A DNA stretch of 64,000 nt from Dehalococcoidia bacterium (GTDB lineage: Bacteria > Chloroflexota > Dehalococcoidia > GIF9 > UBA5629), in contig JBEKIW010000003.1 of NCBI GenBank assembly GCA_050011565.1, forward strand, positions 1-64,000. The letters are read 5' to 3'. Positions 49,086 through 59,663 of this stretch are shown one piece after another. Position 1 is the first letter of the stretch. Each line of letters opens with the position of its first letter. The notes beneath the pieces are model-generated. The model saw only the letters and a list, made by a program, of their open reading frames with translations. It was not told where the DNA came from and did no database searches. The position numbers and the translations under genes were made by a program.

Positions 49086-51668
49086 TTATTCACCTGGTTT
49101 CAAGACAAGCTGGTCAACTGCGGCTTTCTCTACTTGTTCCCGTGTCCAAAGCATCGGATGATATTTTATGTTGCGCCAGAGGTCAATCATATCGTCATAA
49201 TGCTGGCTATATGGATGACCGCTCTGCCCGGTAGTGTGAATGGTAACACTATTTGTGAAGTCGCTCAGGTCAACAATCATGCGCATAGACGGCACCCATT
49301 TTACCGAAAAGTCGCCGGAGTCAGTGTACCATACGGTGTTATTCACAGTGCCTGTACTGCCGCCGGTTGGAAATGGGCCACGATTAACCATTTTCTCAAT
49401 CAAACCGATGCCACTCTGCCCCAATGGATTACTGACAAAGACCGCTTTATGAAGGTCGCCCCATCTCCAGTTAGTACGGTCTTTGCCCAGCGATGCCACA
49501 GTGCTGTAATAAGCTTCACTAAAAGAGCGAACCAGTATATCATCACGCGTTTCGACCATATCTTTGGTTGTTATGTCATCCCACCAGGCATTATTTGGCT
49601 CAGCCATTAACAGAAACACTGCCCACATTTCCCTACCTCCGCCATGAATTATCATTTCTTTAGTCAATTGGTCATCGAACAGGTTGTTGACCAATTTCGC
49701 CCAGAATTCGGCATAAAGTGCAGCTTGCGGGTTGTCCATGTCACACTGAAAATTCCATTTAAGCAGCCAATCGCGAGCTTCAGTCAGCTCAGCGTTATCG
49801 AACTTCAGATTTGCGAGGTACGGTAACAACTCCTCTGCGCTAATAAGTTTATTATCACCTTGAATAGCCTCAAAGGTGGCAATGGTATGAGGTGCCTTCT
49901 CTTTCAGCAATTCAACAGCTCTTTGGGCTCTATAGCCGTAATCCCATTCACTGCTGATGGTATAATTTAGCCCCTCACCTAGCTTTGTCGCTAGCTGGTC
50001 ATAATATTCCGGCGGGACCACAGCCTGGTTTGATGTAGCAATGTAACCACGTTCCGGGTTAAAAATACGGGGTAAATCATCGAAAGGAATAAAGCCCTTC
50101 CACTCAAACTCATCAGTCCAGCCTGGGGAAGGCACCAGCCCGCTGTCATTCTTGGCGCGTATTGGAATACGCCCGGGCGTCTGGTAACCGATATTGCCCT
50201 TAACATCTGCATAAACAAAGTTCTGTGCTGGAACATCCCAATACCGCAGAGCGTTGCGGAATTCCTCCCAGTTGGTAGCCATATTTAATTGTGTAATCGA
50301 CTGCATCAGTGTGCTCGGTTCCAGAGCCGTCCAGCGCAATGCCAGCGGGTCTTCATTATTGAAGCCCGTGATGTTGCCAGTTTGTTTATCTATTTTGTTA
50401 TCATTAATGATTGGGCCAAGATGCGTTTCACGCACTTTGACAGTGATTGGTTCTTTGCCATCTCCAAACATAATAGTTTCCTCGCGCAATGTCATGTCAC
50501 GCCATTTACCGTTCCACTCATATTGGAGCGGATTAGCTGGATTAACATGAATGCTATACAAATCAAAAACATCGGGGCCGACGTTGGTCACCCCCCAAGC
50601 AATAGAGTTGTTGTGCCCTATTATGACTCCCGGCGTAACCGCAAATGTAAAGCCCACTATATCCAAAGCGGATTCTCCATTGGCGGGGCGATAGTGCAAG
50701 CCGATTTCATACCAGATAGATGGCATCTGAATGCCAAGGTGAGGGTCATTAGCTAGTAGCGGCATACCGCTTTTCGTCATCTTGCCGCTAACTACCCAGT
50801 TATTGCTACCTATGCCTTCACCTGGGTCGAATACCAGACTAATTGAGGGCAACGGATTATTGGCAACCAGCATGCCCGTATCAGTGCATTTCTTTTCACC
50901 CGCAATTTGAGCATTTCCTGTTCGGCCAGAGATAGGCAAATCCTCCGGTTGGACTATAGTCGGCCTGGTGCCGTAGGGCCAGGGTGGCGTTAACAACTGG
51001 TCAGCCATCTCCTGCCCCAGAAGTTCGTAGAGCGTGGCACGGTCCTCCTCATTGTTCTCACTAGGTCCCAAATCCCACGCCATCATTTTGGCAAATACTA
51101 AGGAGTCAACGGGTGTCCACGGCTCAATTTTTATTTTAATACCTGTAAGCCCGAGTATACTGTATTCCAAGGCCAGCTTACCTGGCTCACGGTTCATAAT
51201 GTAAGCATTGACGCCATCAGTAAAAGCTTGTAAGCGGGTTAGAGCCTCCTTGTCACAGACTTTTACTTCTTGCTCAGCCACCTGCCGCCAACCGAGGGTA
51301 CGAATAAAGATATCTGTACTAAGTACGCTGTCTTTTTTACCGACCAGTTCTTCGATTTTGCCACTGCCAACATGGCGCCAGAACTCCATCTGCCACCATC
51401 GGTCCTGAGCCTGTGTGTATCCTTGAGCGAAGAACAGGTCATGCATATTGTTGGCATAGATATGTGGAATACCCCACTCATCACGCAAGATTTCCACAGT
51501 ATCCTGTAGCCCGGCCACGTTTAATTCCCCATTATGCTGCGGTAGCGGTGCCCTGGTCACGTTGTAAAACCAGGCGTAGCCAGCAATCACGGGCAGTATG
51601 ATAATAACCCCAATAATTGGTAAAACAATTTGAACAATCTTCTTAGAGCGAGCTTTTTTCATCATCAA
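49086..51668 (-). CDS. Penicillin acylase family (S45, Ntn hydrolase), membrane-anchored
   Basis: RD.WGIPHI, AQDR..QM, GSNNW, ANDPHL, GQSG. Confidence 0.95.
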   Translation of the reverse strand: MMMKKARSKKIVQIVLPIIGVIIILPVIAGYAWFYNVTRAPLPQHNGELNVAGLQDTVEILRDEWGIPHIYANNMHDLFFAQGYTQAQDRWWQMEFWRHVGSGKIEELVGKKDSVLSTDIFIRTLGWRQVAEQEVKVCDKEALTRLQAFTDGVNAYIMNREPGKLALEYSILGLTGIKIKIEPWTPVDSLVFAKMMAWDLGPSENNEEDRATLYELLGQEMADQLLTPPWPYGTRPTIVQPEDLPISGRTGNAQIAGEKKCTDTGMLVANNPLPSISLVFDPGEGIGSNNWVVSGKMTKSGMPLLANDPHLGIQMPSIWYEIGLHYRPANGESALDIVGFTFAVTPGVIIGHNNSIAWGVTNVGPDVFDLYSIHVNPANPLQYEWNGKWRDMTLREETIMFGDGKEPITVKVRETHLGPIINDNKIDKQTGNITGFNNEDPLALRWTALEPSTLMQSITQLNMATNWEEFRNALRYWDVPAQNFVYADVKGNIGYQTPGRIPIRAKNDSGLVPSPGWTDEFEWKGFIPFDDLPRIFNPERGYIATSNQAVVPPEYYDQLATKLGEGLNYTISSEWDYGYRAQRAVELLKEKAPHTIATFEAIQGDNKLISAEELLPYLANLKFDNAELTEARDWLLKWNFQCDMDNPQAALYAEFWAKLVNNLFDDQLTKEMIIHGGGREMWAVFLLMAEPNNAWWDDITTKDMVETRDDILVRSFSEAYYSTVASLGKDRTNWRWGDLHKAVFVSNPLGQSGIGLIEKMVNRGPFPTGGSTGTVNNTVWYTDSGDFSVKWVPSMRMIVDLSDFTNSVTIHTTGQSGHPYSQHYDDMIDLWRNIKYHPMLWTREQVEKAAVDQLVLKPGE

Positions 51669-51927
51669 CCTCCTTTATAATAGCAATCCCAGGCCTTTTT
51701 AAAAGATGCAAAGCTTGCTTTTTGCCCATTCTAATCAATTCGCTTTGCCATTACAATTATCCAACATCAAAAATCATTGCTTCCGAGAAACACTTAGACC
51801 GATTGCGCACAAACACGCTATCTTGTGCAGCCTCTCATAACGACCCGTCATCTTATTTAATGACGCACTTTACGCCGTCGCTAATCGTTTGCCTCATACA
51901 AGCTGGACTGCTATACTAACCGACGTT

Positions 51928-53400
51928 GTGGACTACGAGATTATCATAGGGCTGGAGGTGCATGCCCAACTGCTGACCAAGAGCAAGATGTACTGCTCCT
52001 GCAGCGCCGATTATGCCAATGCGCCGCCTAATACACACGTCTGCCCCATCTGCCTGGGTATGCCCGGCGTGCTGCCCACAATCAACGAGAAGGCGATAGA
52101 ATATACGGTGATGACTGCCCTGGCCCTCAACTGCACCATCGCCGAACATGCCAAGTTCGACCGCAAGAACTATCCTTACCCCGATTTGATGAAGGGCTAT
52201 CAAATTTCACAGTACGATGCGCCAATGAGTAAGAACGGCTGGCTGATGATTGACCTCGACGGCAACAAAAAGAGAATCGGCATTACACGCGTGCACCTGG
52301 AAGAGGACGTGGCCAAGCTGACTCACTGCACCTCGCCGGAGGGCGAAACTTACAGCCTGGTGGACGTCAACCGCTCCGGCGTGCCATTGATGGAAATCGT
52401 CGGCGAGCCGGATATCAGCTCACCGGAGGAGGCCAGGCAGTACCTGATGAAGCTGCGCACTATTCTCCAGTACCTGGGCGTGTCCACAGGCAATATGGAA
52501 GAGGGGAGCTTCAGATGTGATGCCAATATCAGCATCCGCCCCAGGGGTACCAAGGAATATCTGTCCAAGGTAGAGGTCAAGAACATGAATAGCTTCAAAG
52601 CCGTCTACCGGGCGCTGGACTATGAGGCTAAACGCCAGCACGAGGTGCTGGAAAAAGGCGGTAAGCTGGTGCAGGAGACGCGCGGCTGGGTAGAACCGAA
52701 AGGCATAACCGTGAGTCAGAGAAGCAAGGAATATGCACATGACTACCGCTACTTTCCCGAGCCTGATTTGCCGCCGCTGGTCTTCAGCAAGAAATGGGTG
52801 GAGGAAATAAGGTCGCGACTGCCCGAGTTGCCCGACGTCAGGCGGGACCGCTTTATGTCTCAGTACGGACTGCCGCTTTACGACGCCACCCTGCTGGTAG
52901 ATTCCAAATCCATGGCTAACTACTTCGAGGATTGCGTTAAGCTGATGGGCGCTTCCAACGGGGCCGACCTGCCTAAAAAAGCAAAGACGGTAAGCAACTG
53001 GCTGCTGGGGGACTTTCTCAGGCTGCTCAACGCCAGCAATACCAGTATCGAGAATACCAGGGTCAGCCCCAAGCATCTGGCGGAGATGCTGAATTTGGCC
53101 GAAAAAGGAACGCTCAGCGGGCCGGCGGCTAAAGCCGTCTTCGAAGAGATGTTCCTCAGCGGCAAGAAAGCCGCAGACATCGTGGCCGAGAAGGGCTTGA
53201 GCCAGATAAGCAGCTCGGAGGAACTTGAGAAAATAGTGGCCGAGGTGATAGCCGGCAACAGCCAGGCGGTCTCTGACTATGCGTCAGGGAAGCCGCAGGC
53301 GCTGGCGTTTCTAATCGGCCAGGTGATGAAAGCTACCAAGGGGCGGGCGAATCCCGCCACAGCCAGGGATATCCTGTTACATAAGCTCGGAGGGAAATAG
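51928..53400 (+). CDS. gatB: Asp/Glu-tRNA amidotransferase subunit B
   Basis: [42 protein letters not shown]. Confidence 0.98.
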   Translation: MDYEIIIGLEVHAQLLTKSKMYCSCSADYANAPPNTHVCPICLGMPGVLPTINEKAIEYTVMTALALNCTIAEHAKFDRKNYPYPDLMKGYQISQYDAPMSKNGWLMIDLDGNKKRIGITRVHLEEDVAKLTHCTSPEGETYSLVDVNRSGVPLMEIVGEPDISSPEEARQYLMKLRTILQYLGVSTGNMEEGSFRCDANISIRPRGTKEYLSKVEVKNMNSFKAVYRALDYEAKRQHEVLEKGGKLVQETRGWVEPKGITVSQRSKEYAHDYRYFPEPDLPPLVFSKKWVEEIRSRLPELPDVRRDRFMSQYGLPLYDATLLVDSKSMANYFEDCVKLMGASNGADLPKKAKTVSNWLLGDFLRLLNASNTSIENTRVSPKHLAEMLNLAEKGTLSGPAAKAVFEEMFLSGKKAADIVAEKGLSQISSSEELEKIVAEVIAGNSQAVSDYASGKPQALAFLIGQVMKATKGRANPATARDILLHKLGGK

Positions 53401-53401
53401 A

Positions 53402-53620
53402 ATGACTACTTATTTACTTATTGCCCAGTGCGTGGTCGCTGCAGCCATGATTGCCGTAGTTACCATGCAGGTGCGCGGCGGCGGGCTGGGAGGTATTTTC
53501 GGACAGCCGGAAAGCGTCTACCGGACGCGGCGCGGCGTTGAGAAAAGCCTGTTCCAGTTCACCATCGGCTTGACCATTATATTTGTCATACTCTGCGTCT
53601 GGATAGTGGCAATTGAGTAG
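53402..53620 (+). CDS. secG: Preprotein translocase subunit SecG
   Basis: Two TMs with Q..GGGLGGIFG...TRRG.EK.L. Confidence 0.9.
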   Translation: MTTYLLIAQCVVAAAMIAVVTMQVRGGGLGGIFGQPESVYRTRRGVEKSLFQFTIGLTIIFVILCVWIVAIE

Positions 53621-53766
53621 TAAGATATCACCCTCACCCTCACCCTCACCCTCACCCTAACCCTATCCCGTACCCCTTATCCCAGCGGGAGTAAATCCTC
53701 GCTGGATGCCTGCCCACCCCACCTCCCAAGGGAGAGGGGATAAACCGGTATACGGATAAGGAAGAT

Positions 53767-54597
53767 ATGGCTCCAGTCATCACTTTGACCACTGATTTCG
53801 GCACTAGCGATGCCTATGTGGCCAGTATGAAGGGCGTCATACTGAGCCTGAACCCCAAAGCGGTCATCGTCGATATCTCCCATGCCGTCGAACCACATAA
53901 CGTCCTGCAGGCAGCCTTCATACTCAGCACCGCCTATCCCTATTTCCCAAAAGGAACAATACATTTGGCCGTAGTCGACCCGGGCGTGGGCAGCCGGCGG
54001 AAAGCCATCATACTTAAAACGCCGGCAGCCTTCTTCGTGGCGCCGGATAACGGCATATTAAGCTACGTAATAGACGAGCACGGCAAAACACCGGGTAAGC
54101 CAGCCCGCCATATACCTGCCATCGCCGAACCGCGTAAACTACCGCCGGGTCTGGAGGCAATGGCTATAACCAACCCTGAATACTGGCATCACCCGGTAAG
54201 CAGCACCTTCCACGGGCGGGATATTTTCGCACCCGTGGCCGCCCACCTGTCGCTGGGCGTGCCGCTGCATAAGTTCGGAGACAGACTGAGTCAGGTTCAC
54301 GTCTTCAATATACCACGACCCTACAAAAACGCCCAGGGCGACTTAATCGGCCGTGTGCTGCACGTAGACAACTTCGGCAACCTGATTACCAATATCAGGA
54401 GCAGCGATTTGCCAGCGGAAAAAGTTACCATAGCCATCGGCAAGCAGTATATACATGGTATCAGCCAGTTCTACGCCGGGACGAAAGGTCTGGCAGCTAT
54501 TACGGGCAGCAGCGGTTATCTGGAGATATCGCTGAAGAACGGCAGCGCCGCCGCATTTTTGAAGTCAAAGGCGGGGGACGAATTGAGGTTGGAATAA
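53767..54597 (+). CDS. SAM hydroxide adenosyltransferase (DUF62 family)
   Basis: TLTTDFG, VVDPGVG..R, PDNG, STFHGRD, D.FGN.ITN. Confidence 0.9.
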   Translation: MAPVITLTTDFGTSDAYVASMKGVILSLNPKAVIVDISHAVEPHNVLQAAFILSTAYPYFPKGTIHLAVVDPGVGSRRKAIILKTPAAFFVAPDNGILSYVIDEHGKTPGKPARHIPAIAEPRKLPPGLEAMAITNPEYWHHPVSSTFHGRDIFAPVAAHLSLGVPLHKFGDRLSQVHVFNIPRPYKNAQGDLIGRVLHVDNFGNLITNIRSSDLPAEKVTIAIGKQYIHGISQFYAGTKGLAAITGSSGYLEISLKNGSAAAFLKSKAGDELRLE

Positions 54598-54704
54598 AAT
54601 CCCCCTTAATCCCCCTTTTTCTAAGGGGGAGATTTATGGTGGACCTTTTCCAAAGGGGGAACAAAGCCTCTCCCTTTCATAAAGGGAGATTGAGAGGGAT
54701 TTTT
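54597..54704. repeat. AATCCCCC...AAAGGGAG..GAGGGATTT palindromic repeat family (also 56862..56940 and 33205..33241)
   Basis: aaatcccccttaatccccctttt...ctctccctttc.taaagggagattgagagggatttt nearly identical at two sites. Confidence 0.85.
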
Positions 54705-54713
54705 AATCTAGTG

Positions 54714-56150
54714 CTACAGGCTTCGCTTCCAGATGGTGCCTTTGGGCGTGTCTTCGAGGGCAATTCCCAGCCCGGTGAGGCGCTGCCGCACCATATCGGC
54801 CAGCTGCCACTGCTTGGCTTTACGCAGCTTTTCACGGGTCTCAATCAGCAGCTGAATAAGCTGCGCGACCTCCATCTCAGAGTCGTGTTTTGGCGTCTGA
54901 TTAAACTGGCTGCTGAGCTCGCTCAGGAGCGTAATAAAAGGTCCGGACTCGAGCGGCGGCTTCTTCGGCTCCTCCAGTGTGAAACCGAGCACCCCCATTA
55001 ATTCTCTCAATGTATTCTGAGCCGCGGCTACATCGCATTTCTCTTCACGTCCGCGGTTTATCTCTCTGGCCAGTTCGAACAGCGCCGCCAGTGCCTGCGC
55101 CGTGTTGAAGTCATCATCCATGCTGCCGGTAAACCGGCTTTTATACGGCTCAGCATCGAGGACGCTGCCGTCAGCCTTTCCGCCGTCTGTGGCAGCCTGT
55201 CGCAGCCTTTCCATGCCGGACTCGGCGGCTTTCACTACTTCTTCACTGTAAGTCAGCGGGCTGCGGTAATGAGAGCTGAGTATAAACAGCCGGAGAGCGT
55301 CGGGGCTGTAGCGCTCCAGAGCCTGCTTTACGGTTATCAGGTTGCCCAGCGACTTGCTCATCTTATTCTCACCCAATTGCAGCAGGCCGTTATGCAGCCA
55401 GTGCCGGACAAAGGGCACCACGCCGGTGAAGCTTTCGGACTGGGTTATCTCGTTCTCATGATGCGGAAATATAAGGTCCAGCCCGCCGCCATGTATGTCA
55501 AGGGTTTTGCCGAGGTATTTCAAGGCCATGGCGCTGCATTCTATATGCCACCCCGGCCTGCCCTGCCCCCAGGGACTCGGCCAGAAAGGCTCTCCCGGCT
55601 TGGCCGCCTTCCATAAGGCGAAGTCCAGCGGGAATTCCTTATCGCCCTCTTCAGCCGAACCGCGAGACAGCATGTCGTCCAGTTCCTGGCGGGACAGCTT
55701 GCCGTAGCCGGGGAAGTTTTTCACCCGGAAATAGACGCTGCCTCCCGAGTCATAGGCAAATCCTTTGTCTATCAGTCCCTGTATGACTTCGATTATCTTG
55801 GGTATTTCCTCGGTCGCCCTGGGGTAGACGTGGGCGCGCATAATATTCAAAGCATCCATGTCTTTGAAATATTCGTTGATATATTTCTCAGCCAGCTCGG
55901 TTGAGGAAATCCCCAGCTGGTTGGCCCGGTTTATAATCTTGTCATCGATATCGGTAAAGTTCTGGACATGCTTTACCTTGTAACCTCTAAACTCGAGATA
56001 GCGCCGGATGGCGTCGAATATAACGTAGCTCATGGCGTGCCCGATGTGGCATTCGTCATAAACGGTTACGCCGCAGATATACATATTTACCGTTTTTCCT
56101 TCGGGCTTAAACTCTGTTTTCTGCCCCGACAGCGTATCAAATACTTTCAT
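54714..56150 (-). CDS. cysS: Cysteine-tRNA ligase
   Basis: CG.TVYD..HIGH, GRPGWHIECS, KMSKS. Confidence 0.98.
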   Translation of the reverse strand: MKVFDTLSGQKTEFKPEGKTVNMYICGVTVYDECHIGHAMSYVIFDAIRRYLEFRGYKVKHVQNFTDIDDKIINRANQLGISSTELAEKYINEYFKDMDALNIMRAHVYPRATEEIPKIIEVIQGLIDKGFAYDSGGSVYFRVKNFPGYGKLSRQELDDMLSRGSAEEGDKEFPLDFALWKAAKPGEPFWPSPWGQGRPGWHIECSAMALKYLGKTLDIHGGGLDLIFPHHENEITQSESFTGVVPFVRHWLHNGLLQLGENKMSKSLGNLITVKQALERYSPDALRLFILSSHYRSPLTYSEEVVKAAESGMERLRQAATDGGKADGSVLDAEPYKSRFTGSMDDDFNTAQALAALFELAREINRGREEKCDVAAAQNTLRELMGVLGFTLEEPKKPPLESGPFITLLSELSSQFNQTPKHDSEMEVAQLIQLLIETREKLRKAKQWQLADMVRQRLTGLGIALEDTPKGTIWKRSL

Positions 56151-56165
56151 TCGTTTCTCCGAAGG

Positions 56166-56822
56166 CTAACGTTTATTCGTTGGTCTCTTTTTGGGCTGCG
56201 TCTTTTTCAATGCACTCTCCAGCTCGGCAACCTTCTTTTCCAGGGCCTCGAGCTTTTCCCAGACCGGGTCAGGCAATTTCTCCACAGTTTCGGTATCAGG
56301 ATTACGGACTTCAACCACGCGACCGGGAACACCGACGACAGTGGCATGGGGCGGCACTGAGGTTACCACCACGGAACCGGCGCCAACTTTTACATTGTCG
56401 CCGATGGTGATAGCGCCGATAAGCTTCGACCCGGCACCGACGACCACATTGTTGCCCAGCGTTGGATGCCGCTTCTTCTTCAGCAGGCTGGTACCGCCCA
56501 GGGTAACTCCCTGGTACAGGGCAACATTGTCCCCGATTTCAGACGTCTCGCCGATGACCACGCCCATGCCGTGGTCGATAAAAAATCCCTCGCCGATTTG
56601 AGCACCGGGGTGTATTTCAATTCCGGTAAAAAAACGGCCCAGATGTGAAACAAAGCGAGGGAAAAAGGGTACATGCCAGTTCCATAGGGTGTGAGACAGG
56701 CGATGGAACTGCCGGGCATGAAAGCCGGGATAAGCAAAAAAGATTTCCCAGGCATTTTTAGCCGCCGGGTCATGCTCGTAGACCGCCTGTACGTCCCTGC
56801 GAATACTTCTGTATAGATTCAT
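56166..56822 (-). CDS. cysE: Serine O-acetyltransferase
   Basis: [28 protein letters not shown]. Confidence 0.97.
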   Translation of the reverse strand: MNLYRSIRRDVQAVYEHDPAAKNAWEIFFAYPGFHARQFHRLSHTLWNWHVPFFPRFVSHLGRFFTGIEIHPGAQIGEGFFIDHGMGVVIGETSEIGDNVALYQGVTLGGTSLLKKKRHPTLGNNVVVGAGSKLIGAITIGDNVKVGAGSVVVTSVPPHATVVGVPGRVVEVRNPDTETVEKLPDPVWEKLEALEKKVAELESALKKTQPKKRPTNKR

Positions 56823-57011
56823 TAAATTTTCCTATTCACCTGTCTGTTAGAGTGAGCGGGAAAATCCCCCTTAATCCCCCTTTTTCAAAGGGGGAAACAA
56901 ACCTCTCCCTTTCGTAAAGGGAGATTGAGAGGGATTTTTCTCAAGTCTCACCCTCACCTTAATCCTCTCCCGTCAAGGGAGAGGGAATAGATTATGACAG
57001 TTTGAAATAGT

Positions 57012-57485
57012 TTATTTCTCCTCCACCAGGGCCACGGCGTAGGCAGCCATACCCTCTCCTCTGCCGGCAAAACCCAAACCATCTGTGGTTGTCGCCTTGA
57101 CCATCACCTGTTCCAAATTGATACCCAGTCTCCGGCTGATGAGGCGGCGCATGTCCTCGATGAAAGGCGATATTTTGGGCTGCTGGGCGACGATAACCAC
57201 GTCTAGGTTTACCACGACAAGACCTTTATCCCAGAGTAGCTTATTGACCTCATCCAGCAAAACCAGGCTGGAAATATCTTTATATTTAGGGTCTTCCGGT
57301 GGGAACTGGCTGCCGATATCCCGCAGTCCGGCGGCGCCGAGCAGAGCGTCCATAATAGCGTGGGTCAACACGTCGGCGTCGCTGTGGCCGGATAGCCCTT
57401 TATCAAACGGAACCTCCACTCCGCCCAGAATTAACCTTCGCCCGGTTACCAGCTTATGTACGTCGTACCCAATTCCGGCTCGCAT
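57012..57485 (-). CDS. ispF: MECDP synthase
   Basis: GIGYDVH, GHSDADV..HA..DALLGA, KATT. Confidence 0.97.
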   Translation of the reverse strand: MRAGIGYDVHKLVTGRRLILGGVEVPFDKGLSGHSDADVLTHAIMDALLGAAGLRDIGSQFPPEDPKYKDISSLVLLDEVNKLLWDKGLVVVNLDVVIVAQQPKISPFIEDMRRLISRRLGINLEQVMVKATTTDGLGFAGRGEGMAAYAVALVEEK

Positions 57486-57486
57486 G

Positions 57487-58167
57487 CTATTTCTTCCCGG
57501 CAATAAGCTCAGCTAAAGCCAGGTCCTCTGGAGTGGTTATCTTTATGTTGTTATAAGAACCCATATAGAGCCTTACCTTGCGTCCCAGATGCTCGACCAT
57601 ACTGGCATCATCGGTAACATCCTCTTTTACCTGCTCATGAGCTTCAGCTATTATATCAAAGCGGAAAATCTGTGGCGTCTGCACCGCCCACAATTCCTGG
57701 CGATTGAGCGTTCTGCTGACCATCATGTCGCTGCCGCCTAGTTTAACGGTATCCTTAATGGGAACCGCGGCCACTGCTGCCCCTGTTGCCTGAGCCGCGT
57801 CCAGACCGTCACCAATTAAGTCTGCGGTTAAGAAGGGACGGGCGCCGTCATGAATTATTATCCAGTCGCAATCCTCAAGCTCATTCAGCCCCTGTCTGAC
57901 CGAGTCCTGCCTCCGCTTGCCGCCGGCACATATCTCCACTACCTTTGACCAGCTCCTGTCTTTAGCCAGTCCACGCCCTAAGTCCAGTTTGGTCTCATTC
58001 AGAACGATGGCTATCTGGTCGACCAGTTTGCAACTTTGGCAGAAATCAACCGACCAGGCCAGCAAAGGTTTCCCAGCCAGAGACATAAAAACTTTGTCCC
58101 TGCCCATGCGCCGGCTGCTGCCGGCGCCGACAATAACAATTCCCGTTTTAGGCTTGCGGCTCTTCAT
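57487..58167 (-). CDS. ispD: CDP-ME synthase
   Basis: AG...RMG.DK, GG.RRQDSV, IHDGARP, QTPQ, KITTPED. Confidence 0.97.
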   Translation of the reverse strand: MKSRKPKTGIVIVGAGSSRRMGRDKVFMSLAGKPLLAWSVDFCQSCKLVDQIAIVLNETKLDLGRGLAKDRSWSKVVEICAGGKRRQDSVRQGLNELEDCDWIIIHDGARPFLTADLIGDGLDAAQATGAAVAAVPIKDTVKLGGSDMMVSRTLNRQELWAVQTPQIFRFDIIAEAHEQVKEDVTDDASMVEHLGRKVRLYMGSYNNIKITTPEDLALAELIAGKK

Positions 58168-59572
58168 TTGATTCCGACTTCTTCTGTGGCCTGATAAGGC
58201 CCAGCCTGAGCGCTTGAGCTACCGTACTTGCGGTCAATAACTCAACACCTTTCACCTGGAACGAGGGCTTGGATGCAGTCTCAGGTATGAGGCAACGCTT
58301 AAAACCCAGCCTGGCGGTTTCGGCAAGCCGTCTTTCCATCTGCGGCACCGGCCTTAGCTCACCGCTGAGCCCGACCTCACCCAGAGCCACAAGGCCCTGG
58401 GCAACCCGGGCATCCCGGTGACTTGAGGCAATTGCCAGCGCGATACCCAAATCCGCGGCCGGCTCGCCGATATGCATACCGCCGATAACATTGGTTATGA
58501 TATCCTGATTGGACAGATTGATACCGGCGCGTCGGCTAAGCACCGCCGCTATCAGGAGCAGCCGGTTGAAGTCGACTCCGTTAGCTATGCGGCGCGGGGG
58601 ACCGAAGCCGGTCATGGTCGTTAACGCCTGAATTTCCACCAGCAGCGGGCGGCTGCCCTCGAAGGTGGGCACTACCATCGAGCCTACCGCGCCGTCGCGA
58701 TGGGACGCCAGAAAAGCTTCCGATGGATTAGCCACCTCTATTAAACCGCCGCCGCTCATCTCGAAAACACCGACCTCGTTGGTGGAGCCGAAGCGGTTCT
58801 TGGTGCTTCTCAATATCCGGTAGCTGGAGAAGGTCTCGCCCTCCAGATAAAGGACTACGTCGACAATGTGCTCCAATACCCTGGGTCCGGCAATGGCGCC
58901 GTCTTTGGTTACATGCCCGGTGATAAGGACGGGAATACCGGCTCGCTTGGCCCAGCGCATAAGTCTCAAGGTGCATTCACGTATCTGGCCGACGCTGCCC
59001 GAGGCACCGGTTAAGTCCTCGATATATACGGTCTGTATGGAATCCACAACCACCAGATTCGGTGACAGCTCGCCCAAGCGTCCCAGGATAACCTCGAGGT
59101 TAGTCTCCGGCAGCAGGTAAAGCCTGTCGCCGGCCACTCCCAGACGCTCCGACCTCAGCTTTATCTGGTGGGCTGACTCCTCGCCGGAAACATATACCAC
59201 CCTGCCTCCAGCCTTAGCCACTGCCGCCGAAGCCTGTAACAGCAGTGTGGACTTTCCGATGCCCGGGTCGCCGCCGACAAGGACTAAAGAACCCGTTACC
59301 ATTCCGCCACCGAGCACGCGGTTGAACTCAGTAAACGGGAAGCTCAGCCGGGGATGGGTCTCAGTTTTCAGCTTGGAAAGCTCCTGAGGAGCGTTCTCTT
59401 CTGAAGGCAGCCAGGTCGTGGCTTCAGTGGTGACGGTGACAACGGTTTCTACGAAGCTATTCCATTCTCGGCAGCCGGGGCAGCGACCTAACCACTTAGG
59501 ACTTTCTTTACCGCACTGCTGGCAAACAAAGACGCTTTTAGACTTAGGCTTAGTCAAATTACCGGACCTCAA
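58148..59572 (-). CDS. radA: DNA repair protein RadA/Sms
   Basis: C4 zinc finger, GDPGIGKSTL, KNRFG. Confidence 0.98.
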   Translation of the reverse strand: MRSGNLTKPKSKSVFVCQQCGKESPKWLGRCPGCREWNSFVETVVTVTTEATTWLPSEENAPQELSKLKTETHPRLSFPFTEFNRVLGGGMVTGSLVLVGGDPGIGKSTLLLQASAAVAKAGGRVVYVSGEESAHQIKLRSERLGVAGDRLYLLPETNLEVILGRLGELSPNLVVVDSIQTVYIEDLTGASGSVGQIRECTLRLMRWAKRAGIPVLITGHVTKDGAIAGPRVLEHIVDVVLYLEGETFSSYRILRSTKNRFGSTNEVGVFEMSGGGLIEVANPSEAFLASHRDGAVGSMVVPTFEGSRPLLVEIQALTTMTGFGPPRRIANGVDFNRLLLIAAVLSRRAGINLSNQDIITNVIGGMHIGEPAADLGIALAIASSHRDARVAQGLVALGEVGLSGELRPVPQMERRLAETARLGFKRCLIPETASKPSFQVKGVELLTASTVAQALRLGLIRPQKKSESNEEPQA

Positions 59573-59663
59573 TTAATCTGGAACCACCATATTATATCTT
59601 TTACTGCTATTGGGAGACACCCTTCCGCGGAAAAATACCGCGGCAACCTCACTTTTCCCGCAT

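Noticed and set aside
53628-53665. Telomere-like CCCTAA/CCCTCA repeat
   Set aside because: Short slippage expansion of the CCCTCACCC arm of a dispersed palindromic repeat
53767-54597. SAM-dependent fluorinase/chlorinase
   Set aside because: It retains the Asp-Arg-His signature of hydroxide adenosyltransferases (VVDPGVG..R, TFHGRD); its ~20-aa insert lies after PDNG, not at the fluorinase loop position
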